Shown one piece after another: positions 19,902-31,185 of a stretch of DNA of 64,000 nt (positions are counted from its first letter, which is position 1; each line of letters starts with the position of its first letter). Origin of the DNA: a virus; IMG/VR virus record IMGVR_UViG_3300027850_000003, positions 1 through 64,000 of that record. One strand, given 5' to 3'. The notes under the pieces are model-generated. The model was not told the DNA's origin and did not search any database. It worked only from the letters and a program-made list of their open reading frames with translations. Position numbers and translations under genes: made by a program.

Positions 19902-22031
19902 TTATTTATCATTCCAAGATTGATGAGTTAAACTATTAGGGTCAAATTCTGTGTCTACTGGAATACTTTTAATCCAGTATCTAAGTTCTTCATGTAAAAT
20001 GCTCATGACACAACTATTTATCTCATAGGAATAAGTTCTTAATCCTATCCAATCGAGTTCATCATAGCAATTATTACAGAACCTAGCTTGCCACTGTGGA
20101 TTCTTGAAAAATTCTATTTGAATCCTACCTTGAGCAAATTTAATAATATCTGCTTCTCCACATAACCAGATAAGAGATATTGAATCAGTATATGGAATTT
20201 CCCATTTAGTTCCCCAATCATTTATTTTTTCCTGCTTCTTTAGATGAACAGTTCTATTAGTAAATGTCTTACACTTCCCATAATTCCCGGTAGTAGGATT
20301 ACCATTAATATTATAAAAAGGAAACTTAATATTATAGCTATTAGAAGTTTTTACATAGGATTGAATAAAAGCATAGAGGACAGCATACGTTTCACGATAA
20401 GCCTTCTGAATTAACTTACATTGTTCAAGTGGTACATCAATACCATTCTTCTTAAACGAGGCTTGTATCCTTTTAGCTCCTGCCTGATTAAGACCGGAGT
20501 AATTAGCTGTCTTTCCCCAACTTCTATATTCTTTAACTAACTTACTGCCTTCTTCATGGTGCTTACAAAACTCTTCATAGCCTACTTCATAACCATTAAG
20601 TTTAGCAATAGTATGTCCCATAATTAAATGAGCATCTTTACCATTCTTATAAATTTCAAGTAAAACAGGGTCTTGTGTTAATTCTGTACAAATCCGATAA
20701 TGACTTGCAGATAAATCAATAACCCCAAGAAAATAATCATCAGGAGCTTTAAAGAACGTCCTAAAATCTGGTAAGTTTTCTTCCTTAAACCAAAAGGGAG
20801 TTTTAGCAGGGTTCTGAAGTTGAGTACCTATCGATATCTTCTTTCTATTGCCTCTAGAATTTCTATAACTCAAATCCCCAGTACAACTAGACCTCCCACT
20901 TCCACTAGCGGTCATCTGCCTATAATTGGTTCTTACACTATAAAAACTCTCTCCTTTATTTTTCCAAGCTACATCTTTAATCCCTTGTGCATATTGAATA
21001 AGTACATTAAGAGTTCTCATCTTCAATAATGCTTTAGCCTCTGGATACTCAACTCTCTTAAGAGCTTCTACATCTAAAGACTCTAAGCAGAGTTCTGACC
21101 ATTTTTCATTAAAGGCTTGTCTTAATAATTCAACTTGCCCCCAATTGATATTAGGAAAAGAAGTAACAAGTATTTTATTATATTCTTCTAATTTACTTCT
21201 ATATTTATTAATGTTCTCATCTAAGAGTTCTATGTCTAAAGGGAAGCCATAAACTTCCATCTGAATAAAGGCACTTAAAACTAAACACTCAGACATTACC
21301 GAGTAATACAAATCATTTTTAACTACTAAGTCTTGAATATAAGGAAGAAGTCTTAAAGGTAAAACGGAGTCATTACCTGAGTAGTTATACTTTGCATTTG
21401 ATACTCTCCATCCCCAATCTTCTTTCTGCTCAGTCTTATCTATTAAAAATTCTGTGTTATATAATATGTTTATTCTTTCTGTTATAGCTTTGAGAGAATG
21501 ACTTAAGAGACACCTATCAGCTCTATTTTTTGAAGCATTTCCTGGTATTACCTCTATCCCTGCCCATATCACTTGAGAGCAAAGCATTAAGTCTCTACAG
21601 TTTAGTAATTGAATACCAAAATGATATAGGAGAAAACATCCATCAAATTTGAGATTTTGACCTACTATAGGAATATCGGTATTTTCACATTTACTCTTAA
21701 GGATTAAAAAGAATTTAGAGTTAATAAATATAGCTTTCTTTTTCTCTATATCGTCTAAGTTACCCCCTAAATCATATATAAGAGCAAAATAATCATCCTC
21801 TACTTGAATAGAAATAGATATAAGACGAATAAGACCAAAGTGAAAATATAAAGCAGAATACTCCTCATCACCATGCGTTTCTAAATCTAGTCCTACTATC
21901 TTAGCTTTACTGAATAAGTCTAAATATTTATTCCACTCTTCTTCAGATACTTTTCCTTCAACTATTATATTTCTTTCTAGCTCAACATCTGGAGTTAGTA
22001 TATTTGACCACTTTAACTGTAATGTCTTCAT
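19902..22031 (-). CDS. polA: Family A DNA polymerase with 3'-5' exonuclease domain
   Basis: Exo DLETHG and GQNLKFD; SGRSSC; QNP; motif A DLSASHYR; motif B RSWGKTANYS; motif C YDEL. Confidence 0.9.
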   Translation of the reverse strand: MKTLQLKWSNILTPDVELERNIIVEGKVSEEEWNKYLDLFSKAKIVGLDLETHGDEEYSALYFHFGLIRLISISIQVEDDYFALIYDLGGNLDDIEKKKAIFINSKFFLILKSKCENTDIPIVGQNLKFDGCFLLYHFGIQLLNCRDLMLCSQVIWAGIEVIPGNASKNRADRCLLSHSLKAITERINILYNTEFLIDKTEQKEDWGWRVSNAKYNYSGNDSVLPLRLLPYIQDLVVKNDLYYSVMSECLVLSAFIQMEVYGFPLDIELLDENINKYRSKLEEYNKILVTSFPNINWGQVELLRQAFNEKWSELCLESLDVEALKRVEYPEAKALLKMRTLNVLIQYAQGIKDVAWKNKGESFYSVRTNYRQMTASGSGRSSCTGDLSYRNSRGNRKKISIGTQLQNPAKTPFWFKEENLPDFRTFFKAPDDYFLGVIDLSASHYRICTELTQDPVLLEIYKNGKDAHLIMGHTIAKLNGYEVGYEEFCKHHEEGSKLVKEYRSWGKTANYSGLNQAGAKRIQASFKKNGIDVPLEQCKLIQKAYRETYAVLYAFIQSYVKTSNSYNIKFPFYNINGNPTTGNYGKCKTFTNRTVHLKKQEKINDWGTKWEIPYTDSISLIWLCGEADIIKFAQGRIQIEFFKNPQWQARFCNNCYDELDWIGLRTYSYEINSCVMSILHEELRYWIKSIPVDTEFDPNSLTHQSWNDK

Positions 22032-23564
22032 TTTTCTCCTGATAATAAATCCTCTAAGAGTAACTAAGCCCTTAGAGGAAAACTAATCAAATATTACTTA
22101 TTCTATAAACTGTCAATATAGTTAATAGCATCTCTTTCTGCCTCTCCTACACTATAATAAAACTCATCCTCTTCAGCTTTTACTAACTCTTCACCTTTAT
22201 AAACTTTCCAAGAAGAAATATAGTTCCCTTCTAGTTCTGATTTAACCTCTACTCTTAATCCTTTATAATTATTTGTATATGTTTCGTCTTCACTATAGTA
22301 TTGAAGTTTTTTACCTAGTTCTAAGTTAATTAGCGTCTTAAGTCTTTTTAACTGAGAAGCTGAAAGTAAACTTAGCAAATAATCAAACATAGTTGTCCCC
22401 CCCCCTTATTGGTTTTTACACATCCAAGCATAAAACTTAATTATTTTTTCTTTTGTTAAGTTCAAATCCCCATAAGGGTCTTCTATACTTTTTATTTCCC
22501 TTAGTCTAGTAGCTACTTGATTTCTGAATTCAGTTCTCTTATACTTGTCCATTAAATATAAATACATAAATCTAGAAATATACTCATAGAACTTAGTAAC
22601 TAAGTTGCTAACAAGAATACTTAACTGAAACAGTGATACCTGAAACTCAAGTGATAATTTATTCATTAAAATTTAGGTCTATCTACAATACTACTAGGAG
22701 ATACTAAACTTATTTTTTTTCCTGTTAGTTGACAATATAGATTAGCTTGTTCTTCTAGTTTATTAATAAAAGTCTCAAACTCTTTTTTTATAGGGTCAAT
22801 CTTTGATCCATAAAAATATTTTGGATTTTTATAAGGATTATTTTGAACTTTTCCAATTAGCCATCCTTTCTGTAATCCTTCTTCATAATTAATAGTAATA
22901 GTGACCCCTTTATAAGTATATATTTCGTCTGTGCTTAGCATATCCAACTTTTCTTTCAATTTAGAGATTTCAACTTTAATTTTCGCAATTTTACATTCTT
23001 TATCTGTAAGTACGATTTTAGTTACATTAGACTGAGCCATTTCTGCTTTCCCTTTACCTTCAATTATTTTATCTACTCTCAGCTTAAATTTATTTTCTAT
23101 TTCTCTAATAGAACTACTAATACACTTAAAAGTAGAGTTCTTATGAATTACACAAATACCAAAGTAATTATCTGCTTTAGGTTCTTTCCCAAAAGTTAAT
23201 CCATAGCCTCTATAAGATATTTTAGGTACTCCAGGCCAATTAGTACAGTCTAACCAGTCAGCGCAATACTCATCTACAAACTTTTTAAATTTAGAAATTA
23301 TTTTCTCATAATGAACACTCTCAATACTTTTCCGACGTTTCTTATAATTCTTACTCTCAAACTCTCCTAGATACCAAGCTCCGTTATTTTTTGGGTTCCT
23401 CTTAAGAGTTATCAACAACGATCTCCCTTTATAATCAATGTCTTTATAAGTATTTCCTCCCCATTCATGACGGACTTTTTCATAGATCATTTGTTCACTC
23501 ATTTCTTTTCCCTTACTTAATTAGGTTTTCTACTGAGTTAGTCACCTCCTCAGTCAAAAGCTAT

Positions 23565-24290
23565 TTATTCTGGATTAGCTTCATTATATAAATCGTCAGC
23601 TATTTTCTTTAAATCTGCTAATGACCTTCCTAAATGCACTACTGAAGAATCTACTTCACGTCCTAAAGCAGAAGATGTGCTGATAATATACTGAATACCT
23701 TTCCACTTGGGGGAATTTTCAATGAGTCCTTTTGGAGCAATATCTTCTCTCGTATATAAACGTAGTCCTATTCCAGTATAAAGAGCTATTGCTTTAACTC
23801 CTGCTCTTGCTTTAGCGTCATTAATATCTCTAGCATCAGGATTAATAATCGCGTTATTCTTATTATCCATTACTGGGAAGAACAATGATGGGGTTCTTAA
23901 ACTTGTTTCTCTATCTATTAACTGAGCTAAAACATACCAACCTCTATTGGCGTATAGTAATGTGTTAAGTAATGTGTTAAGCTCTTCTTCTAACTTAGCT
24001 TTTACTTTCCAATCTGTGACACTAAGTAATAGCTCTTTCTTTTCGTTAAGAAGTTTAGTAATATCTTCTTTTGCTTCTTTTTTAAAAGTATTTTCTATTT
24101 TATGTCCAAAAGAGTTATTCTCATCTCTTTCAAATTCAACCACTATCTCAGGGAAAAACTGGTTAAGTAGTTTATTAGCATTTGACCAAGAGAGGTATTC
24201 TAGCTCTACTTTCTTAGACACTCCTGGAATGAAAAGATAACTGTTATAAGCAGCGGTAAAACGTTCAGCAGAGATAGTTAGATAAGACAT
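23565..24290 (-). CDS. Single-strand annealing protein (Sak3/DUF1071-like)
   Basis: YLSWSNA, PVMDNKNNAI, DINDAKARAGVKAIA..GIGLRLY..ED motifs. Confidence 0.85.
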   Translation of the reverse strand: MSYLTISAERFTAAYNSYLFIPGVSKKVELEYLSWSNANKLLNQFFPEIVVEFERDENNSFGHKIENTFKKEAKEDITKLLNEKKELLLSVTDWKVKAKLEEELNTLLNTLLYANRGWYVLAQLIDRETSLRTPSLFFPVMDNKNNAIINPDARDINDAKARAGVKAIALYTGIGLRLYTREDIAPKGLIENSPKWKGIQYIISTSSALGREVDSSVVHLGRSLADLKKIADDLYNEANPE

Positions 24291-24291
24291 A

Positions 24292-25755
24292 TTATTTATC
24301 TTCTTTATAATTTAGAATTTCTTTTATACGATCTTGATGCTCTTGAGATAATAGTCCCCAAATAGTGTCCTGGTCAATTTTACTTAGACCTTTAAATGCG
24401 TGATTCACATCTTCCTTTGTGGATGCCTCTTGTAATAGAACTGAAACGTCTTGATGTTTAATCATTAACCTTTCAGATTTTCCTAATATTCCTAGTGAAC
24501 CATATAGGTCTAAGATATAGTCAGGAATATAGTAATAATCAATTCCCTTACTTCTATTAGATTCTATAAAAGAGGACTGTTGTAACCTCTCTAACGTTAT
24601 AGTCAGAGTATCGTTGTTTTCATGACTTAGTTTATTTGCTATCTCTTCAATAGTTAAACCAGTACAAACATTTTCTCTATACTCATTTTGTTTTAATAAG
24701 TTCACTATCTTGACTTCTAAAGATAAAATTTCTGATGATATACCTTCCTCTTCTAATAGTTCTAAAGACTCTTTACTTCCATCTCTCTTTCCCCTTACTA
24801 CAAAGGTCGCAGCTACCCCATCTCTAGGAGTAGTTTTTAATATAAGAGCATTATGAGGGTACTTAGCATTGATAAGTTTACCTTTCTCATCTACGTTCTT
24901 AAACACACTAATAAGTTGGTTAGCTTCCCCTTCAATTGCAGATGTACCTGCTGCTTTCCCTGACTTATTATGATGGTGAAGAAGTATAATTGACAAGTTA
25001 TTAGCAATACTAAATGCTTGTAAATCCCCTACAGGGCCCGCCCATTCTGCACTATTCTCTGATAATCCTGAACCTCTCATAGCTCTTCTAAGAGTATCAA
25101 TAATAACTAGGCTAACCTTATTCTCTTTACCATACCTCTTAATATCTTTTTCTAATTGTCTCAAACCATCGTATATCTTAAGAGTTCTTATAATTATAAT
25201 TTGGTCAGTCTCAAGAGCTTTTAAAATATCTGTATTATCTTCATTATCAAAATCAGAACTCATAAGTCTTGCTTGAACTAACTTAGTAGGTTCTTCTAAC
25301 TGATAAAAAAGAATAGTACCTACTCGCCTAGTTGGAAACCCTAAGAACTCTTTACTAATAATAAGAGATTGAAGTAAGAAGTACATAAATCGACTTTTAC
25401 CAGTTTTAGCATAAGCAGATAAAAGGTTAACTCCAGTAGTAAAAATTCTAGGAACAATATCCCCTGTCAATTCCGTGTTTTTATAGTTAAGTATCTCCTT
25501 TAAGGTGTAAGCTCTTACAGTATCTACTTTAGGGGTAGCCCTTTCAAAATAATGTTTCCTCACATCATCTAGTTTAAAGCCTAAAACGTCCACATAAAGC
25601 CTGTGAATATTTATTAAATCAGCCTCTACTTGTAACGCAGAATACTCATACTTTTCTACTGCTGAGTGGAGGCTATCTAGGTGATTGATGTATGCTTGGG
25701 TTACAGCGGTATCTTTAAACGGGATAACGTTATTTACTTGAGAATTCATTTTCAA
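24292..25755 (-). CDS. RecA-fold replicative helicase (AAA_25/RepA-like)
   Basis: Walker A AYAKTGKS, QLEE, IIDT, LLHH..K and GTSAI motifs; adjacent to primase. Confidence 0.85.
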   Translation of the reverse strand: MKMNSQVNNVIPFKDTAVTQAYINHLDSLHSAVEKYEYSALQVEADLINIHRLYVDVLGFKLDDVRKHYFERATPKVDTVRAYTLKEILNYKNTELTGDIVPRIFTTGVNLLSAYAKTGKSRFMYFLLQSLIISKEFLGFPTRRVGTILFYQLEEPTKLVQARLMSSDFDNEDNTDILKALETDQIIIIRTLKIYDGLRQLEKDIKRYGKENKVSLVIIDTLRRAMRGSGLSENSAEWAGPVGDLQAFSIANNLSIILLHHHNKSGKAAGTSAIEGEANQLISVFKNVDEKGKLINAKYPHNALILKTTPRDGVAATFVVRGKRDGSKESLELLEEEGISSEILSLEVKIVNLLKQNEYRENVCTGLTIEEIANKLSHENNDTLTITLERLQQSSFIESNRSKGIDYYYIPDYILDLYGSLGILGKSERLMIKHQDVSVLLQEASTKEDVNHAFKGLSKIDQDTIWGLLSQEHQDRIKEILNYKEDK

Positions 25756-26614
25756 ATATTTCCTTTAAATTATTATTATGAATTTCTTCTATATAATCTG
25801 CTATATCATAACCTCTCTTAAAATAAAGTCCTTGCCCTAAAGGTTCCAGTAGTTTAGTTCTGATATCAAATATCTTAGTAGGAATATTTAAACTCCAAGA
25901 TGCCTGTTGAAATACAGTAGCTTTTTTTAGTCCTGGTACATCCAAGTCTGGAATATACAAAAATTGCTTGACATTAGGTATAAGAGATTTACTAAGCATT
26001 AAGACTTCTTTAATTTTCTCTAAAGAGTAAGAATAAGTAGTATGGTAAGTGAACGCTTCTATTCCTTGTGCGTTAAGATACTCAACACATTTTTCTCCTT
26101 CTACTACTAATATCAACTCTCCTATAAGAGGTCTTTGATTACTATATATAGGAAAAAGATTATCTCCTATACCATTTACCCAATCACTAGAAACTAACAC
26201 TTGAGGAAATATACTTTTCTTTCCACTACTTTTTACTTTGTTTATTCTTAAGGTTCTTTGTGTATTACTATAAGAGTAAATAATTTTAGCATTAGGGTTA
26301 GAGTACCCCTCATCTAAGTTATGGAGAGAAGGAGGATTAAATATAGGAGATAATTTAACGTTTAATAGATTTGATACTTCTTGGATAATTATTGGTAACT
26401 TCTTCACCTTTTTCTCATAAGGGATACTTGAATTTTTAAATATCTCGTAGGAGATAGATTGAATGTTACAAAGACACTTATAATTCTTATATTTTAGAGT
26501 ATTCTTATTTATTTTTAATCCTGTACTTTTACACTTAGGACATAAATATTCTATCCAAGTTGAATGCTCTTTAACTAATACTAACCGAGAAGCAAAGAGT
26601 TCTAAAATATCCAT
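25730..26614 (-). CDS. DNA primase (Zn finger + TOPRIM)
   Basis: CPKC...CLC, VVEGEKC, PDLDVPG and YDIADY motifs. Confidence 0.8.
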   Translation of the reverse strand: MDILELFASRLVLVKEHSTWIEYLCPKCKSTGLKINKNTLKYKNYKCLCNIQSISYEIFKNSSIPYEKKVKKLPIIIQEVSNLLNVKLSPIFNPPSLHNLDEGYSNPNAKIIYSYSNTQRTLRINKVKSSGKKSIFPQVLVSSDWVNGIGDNLFPIYSNQRPLIGELILVVEGEKCVEYLNAQGIEAFTYHTTYSYSLEKIKEVLMLSKSLIPNVKQFLYIPDLDVPGLKKATVFQQASWSLNIPTKIFDIRTKLLEPLGQGLYFKRGYDIADYIEEIHNNNLKEIFENEFSSK

Positions 26615-26634
26615 TGCTTAGTACCATAATAGAT

Positions 26635-27453
26635 TTATCCTTTAGTTTTAAGCTCTATTCGGTCAGGTAAAAAATTATTAGGAGCAATACGGGGATAACC
26701 TCTATCATCATCGTAAACTCCTAAACTTTCTTTCATCTTACTCCAATCACATTTTTTCTTATCGTAGTACCCTTGTAATAACTCTTTATAAATACTCCAA
26801 TATCTACCTAACTTCATAGGGTTAAGGTAATAGTAAGTTGTCATCTTAGGACTAACTATAACTAATAGAGCTTTATTTAATCCATAAGTGAGTTGAGTAG
26901 AAAAGTTAAAAGCAGCACAATAAGCAGATAGTTGAAGGCAATACCCTATTAAATGTACTGGTTGTTTAGCTTTATTAGGATTCTTGTAGTCTATAATAAA
27001 AAGCTCTTGAGGGTTCTTAAATACTGAGGTACTTGTTTTATAGTGAACAAAATCTGAAACATTGAGGCATGAGACATTATCCATTTTTCCTCCAAAACCT
27101 TTTCCTTCTTCAAGATAGGCTACTTTAGTCTCAAGAAATAAAGCAGAGGAAGTAATATCAATAAGGTCTTTATATCCATCTAGATACTTTTTCTCTTCAT
27201 TGCTAAACTTATCTACCATTTCAGTAAATTTAGCAGTATTAGTATGAAGATTATACAGCGCCTTATGAATATTAGTCCCCCTCATCCTAGCTGAAGAACA
27301 AGTAGTATCCGCTTTTAAAGGATTTCTACTCTTCCAATCGTTTAAGAATTTCTTATCTTCGTGATAGGAGATTATTTGGGTCACAGAGGGACACTTTTGG
27401 TCATTAACTTTATAGTATCTCTCGAATCCCTTATCTACTAGCTCAATTTTCAT
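26635..27453 (-). CDS. PD-(D/E)XK exonuclease
   Basis: PSVTQII, RGTNIH, E...GKMD, IIDYK and QLSAY motifs. Confidence 0.85.
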   Translation of the reverse strand: MKIELVDKGFERYYKVNDQKCPSVTQIISYHEDKKFLNDWKSRNPLKADTTCSSARMRGTNIHKALYNLHTNTAKFTEMVDKFSNEEKKYLDGYKDLIDITSSALFLETKVAYLEEGKGFGGKMDNVSCLNVSDFVHYKTSTSVFKNPQELFIIDYKNPNKAKQPVHLIGYCLQLSAYCAAFNFSTQLTYGLNKALLVIVSPKMTTYYYLNPMKLGRYWSIYKELLQGYYDKKKCDWSKMKESLGVYDDDRGYPRIAPNNFLPDRIELKTKG

Positions 27454-27870
27454 CAGTTTTTCATGTTCACTTCCCCTTTATTTTAACCTGATTCAGGATA
27501 GTATTTTCGCCAAATATCTCCTCTAACTTTTCTTCTAAATCTTTGGCTATTTCTACTAGAGAGTTATAAGGTTCCATTACTATCTCAATAATGTTTTTGT
27601 ATTCTAAGTGGGTATTGAATTCACTTTTATCAACGTGAACTATAAATTTAAGTTCTCTAAGTTTAGTTACTAATCCTTGAAAGCTTAAGAGATAGTTAGT
27701 ATTTTCAAACTCTAAAGGGTTAATTTCTATTTTTAAGAGATTCTGATATCTGGAAGGTACTAAAGATATTACTGCTTTTTTCTGGTATTTTTTAAGTTCT
27801 CTCATTATATAAAATGGGTCAACTAGCTCTTAACCAATTGACCCCTAATTAAATTAAACTACATTACTAC

Positions 27871-28326
27871 TTATCCGGCAAAAGATGGTCTTGAGGGCTT
27901 ATCTGAAGGAATAGAAAACTCTCCTTTTGGTACTAAGTTATCTTCTTTAAAGCTCTCAGGTGATTCTTTTCCTCCTTCAGGTTTCTTAGAATCGAATGTT
28001 CCCCGTGTTACTCCATAGGCATCAATAGCTAAGTTCAATGAACATTTACCTTCATTAGAATAGGATGCAGAGTATTGATTTAAAGTATAAGGCATCTTAC
28101 CTGCCACCATTACACAACTACCTTTTTTCAGAGTAGCCATAAACTTATCATCTGCTGAGACGTTATAGGATACTTTGTACCAGATGGTAGCATCTGATTT
28201 GGTTTCCTTATCCTTAGCATTTTGAGCTAAAGTGAATTTCCAAATAGCTCCTCCATCGGGGAAATGGTGGACAGTTGGGTCGTTGATTAGATTACCATTG
28301 AGAGTAATAACGCAAAAAGTAGCCAT
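27871..28326 (-). CDS. ssb: Single-stranded DNA-binding protein
   Basis: ITLNGNLINDP, FTLA, TIWYKV and LKKGSCVMVAG OB-fold pattern. Confidence 0.8.
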   Translation of the reverse strand: MATFCVITLNGNLINDPTVHHFPDGGAIWKFTLAQNAKDKETKSDATIWYKVSYNVSADDKFMATLKKGSCVMVAGKMPYTLNQYSASYSNEGKCSLNLAIDAYGVTRGTFDSKKPEGGKESPESFKEDNLVPKGEFSIPSDKPSRPSFAG

Positions 28327-30477
28327 AGATTTAGTTTCCTGTGTTAGTTGTTATATTGTAACGTAAAATTGAACTTAGTGACCAGCATTGAAAGAAGCTA
28401 GTATCACTTTTTAAATCTTCTAATGAATCTGGTCAATCATTTAGGGATTTTAAAACTACTATCAGCTTCATCTTCAAAAGAATTCTCAGTAGATAGTTCT
28501 TTACCTCCTGCTTTTAAGTAGCTTACCATTGTTTTTCCAGCCTCTGATAAGGTCAGAACCTTAGCGAATACTCCCAATAGAGTTTCATATCTAATCTTAT
28601 CAGACTTTCCTTGTAGATGAGGTTGAATTTGTAGTGACCAATCATTTTCTAATTCTTCATCTATAGCCTCTTCTAAGTCTTTAGAGAGTTCGTAAAGCTT
28701 ATTTAGTAGGAATCTTTGAATGTTTAGTAGATTAATTTTCTTACGTTCTAAGGCTCTACGAATAACCTTATGACTTCTCCTACAAATCGCAGCTCCACTA
28801 AGCTTTTCTTCTTTCTTAGTTTTATCTAGATACTCCCCATCTACTTTCTCAAGAGGCATTGCGGATAATAATACATCTCTAAATTGTTCAAAGTCTTCAT
28901 TATCTGGAGACTCATAAGACTTATCAGGGTAAGCAGAAATAAACATGAATTGAGCAAGTGTTGTCATATTAGTTTTTATTAAAGAGTAAAGGAAAACTAC
29001 TTAATATTACGCTACTAAGTAGTTCCAAGTTGATTAGTACCACTCAGCAGTAGACTCAGATACTTGAGAAGTAGGATGTTTAATGATAGGTACTTTATCA
29101 CTATTACACTGTTCAAGATAAAGCTTGTTCTCTTTTTCAATCTTACACTGGACTTTTCCTAAATGAGCAGCAACTACTATAAGAGGATCGTGTCCTGGAA
29201 TAGCAAGATCAAGAGTTTTAGAGAGAAAGTGAGCAGAATAACCTAAATAGTAAGCAGAAAATAAATAAGCTTCCTCTTTTTCAGGGTAAACTTCTTTAAA
29301 TTTCTTTTTGATTTCTGGAATATTTAGATTGATAGGAGTATTCATTTAGCTTACTTCAATGATATATCTTTATTCTACATCATTATCAGTATCTTCATTA
29401 TTATAATATTCCGACACTAACGCCATAAACTTCACCATTGATTTCTCGTCTAAGTCTCCTAAAAATAAAAGATTCCCTAAATCCCTCAAGTACACTCCTA
29501 ATGTTTTAGGATATAGTCTGTCTTGTGGTAATAGCTCTTCAACTACTTCCTTGAGAACATCTCTAAACCTCCTATACAACTCTGGAGGTAAATCAAATTT
29601 GTTACTTTTTAATATTGACATAGCAGTTCTATATATGCTAACTCATGTGCTTTCAGTATTCTTACTATATGTTGAACCCCCCTTGTCATAGGAAGTTCAT
29701 AAGACTCATTCTCGTAAGGTACAAGCATTAAGGAATTTTTGTATTTATCTATCCCTAGCAGTAGCCACAAATCATCCTCTGTAGTTATATCTCTATAGAC
29801 GTGGAGGAGAGATATTGCCATTAAAAGGGTAGCTAAATCTGGCTCTTTATTCATTTTTTTAAGTATAGGGGGGACACAGATTACTCTATATCCCCAAGAA
29901 CAACTATTTAGTTAAAGGCTACTACATATTTCCTCATGTTGGTTTTCTTTTTTTCTAAGTTATGAGGAACGTAAGAAAGTGCAGTAGTTCTTACAAATTC
30001 TCTAAACTGACTATTCTTAACCAACAAGAGCAAACCTAACATCTTAGGAGTAAATTGATAGCTTATCTTTGTCAATCCTTTACCTTCTACCGATATCTGT
30101 GCTAAGTTTTTATCCATTAAAGTTAAATTCTCCACTTTGAGGTCTTCTTGAAACTTTAAGACAAAATACCTAGTACGTTGGTAGTTGTCAGGGTACTTAT
30201 CTCCAAAGGTATAGATAGATAGTTCAGGAAGACTTAATTTATCCCCTAAGCTAGATGATAGAAACTCTTCAACTAAATTTATTACTGCTCTTTTGTCTTG
30301 CTCATCGTCACTAAGAAAAGTGTTGACGATCGTAGAGTTAGGAAGGTTCATCATCTAATTATGCTCCAAGTAGTAGGTCGATTATTTCCGAGGTCTGCAA
30401 TAGCTTGTTCTAGAGAGGTTAATTCTTGAGTTTTCCCATTATAAATAGGAATGACTTGTTCAGAACTAACCTTTTCA

Positions 30478-31185
30478 CTAGGCCTTGGTTTTTTGTCTTT
30501 GTCTGTTGATAGAAACATACTGGTTCTTCCATTGAATAGGAAATATAGTTTTAGCTTGTGCTACTAAATGTACTATTTCTCTGCTATCTGTGTTTAGAAT
30601 CCTCCTTAACGTATCTATGGAATATAAGTCACCAGGTCTTCTCCTTAGTAACGTAATTAGGTCAACGTATTCTCTCTTTACTGGTATTTTTAACCACTTA
30701 GAAAGATTAGATAAGTATTGAGAAACGTGAGACTCCCCTTTAATATTTAAATAGCTAACCCCAGGAGCCTCAAATTCATTGCTAGTAAGGTCAACCTTAT
30801 ACTTTTTTCCTTTAACACAGTAGAACGGGTCAAGCTTTTTGTTTTCATACTTAGTCAAGTAGTTAGTACAATTTTTTGCACTCGATTTAGCTTGAAAACC
30901 CCAAACATCATCTCCTTTTCTGAGAAGAACATCTATTTTAAGATTAATGTTGAACACAGAGTTCACTCCTGTCTCATACACTTCTGCATCTAAAAACCTA
31001 CAAACATTTACTATTTTCAGCTCATTGCTCCTATTAGGAGTATTATTTTGAACAGGTAGAACATAGTAATCGTTATGGTAATTAATACCAATCGCTTTAT
31101 TCTCTTGAAATCCTAAATGTCTCAGAACTTCAAAATCAGAGAGTTCAATTTTTACAGCCTTTCCATAAAATCCAAAGCTAACCAT
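30478..31185 (-). CDS. Putative PD-(D/E)XK nuclease-fold protein
   Basis: KIDVLL...GFQAKSS motif. Confidence 0.45.
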   Translation of the reverse strand: MVSFGFYGKAVKIELSDFEVLRHLGFQENKAIGINYHNDYYVLPVQNNTPNRSNELKIVNVCRFLDAEVYETGVNSVFNINLKIDVLLRKGDDVWGFQAKSSAKNCTNYLTKYENKKLDPFYCVKGKKYKVDLTSNEFEAPGVSYLNIKGESHVSQYLSNLSKWLKIPVKREYVDLITLLRRRPGDLYSIDTLRRILNTDSREIVHLVAQAKTIFPIQWKNQYVSINRQRQKTKA

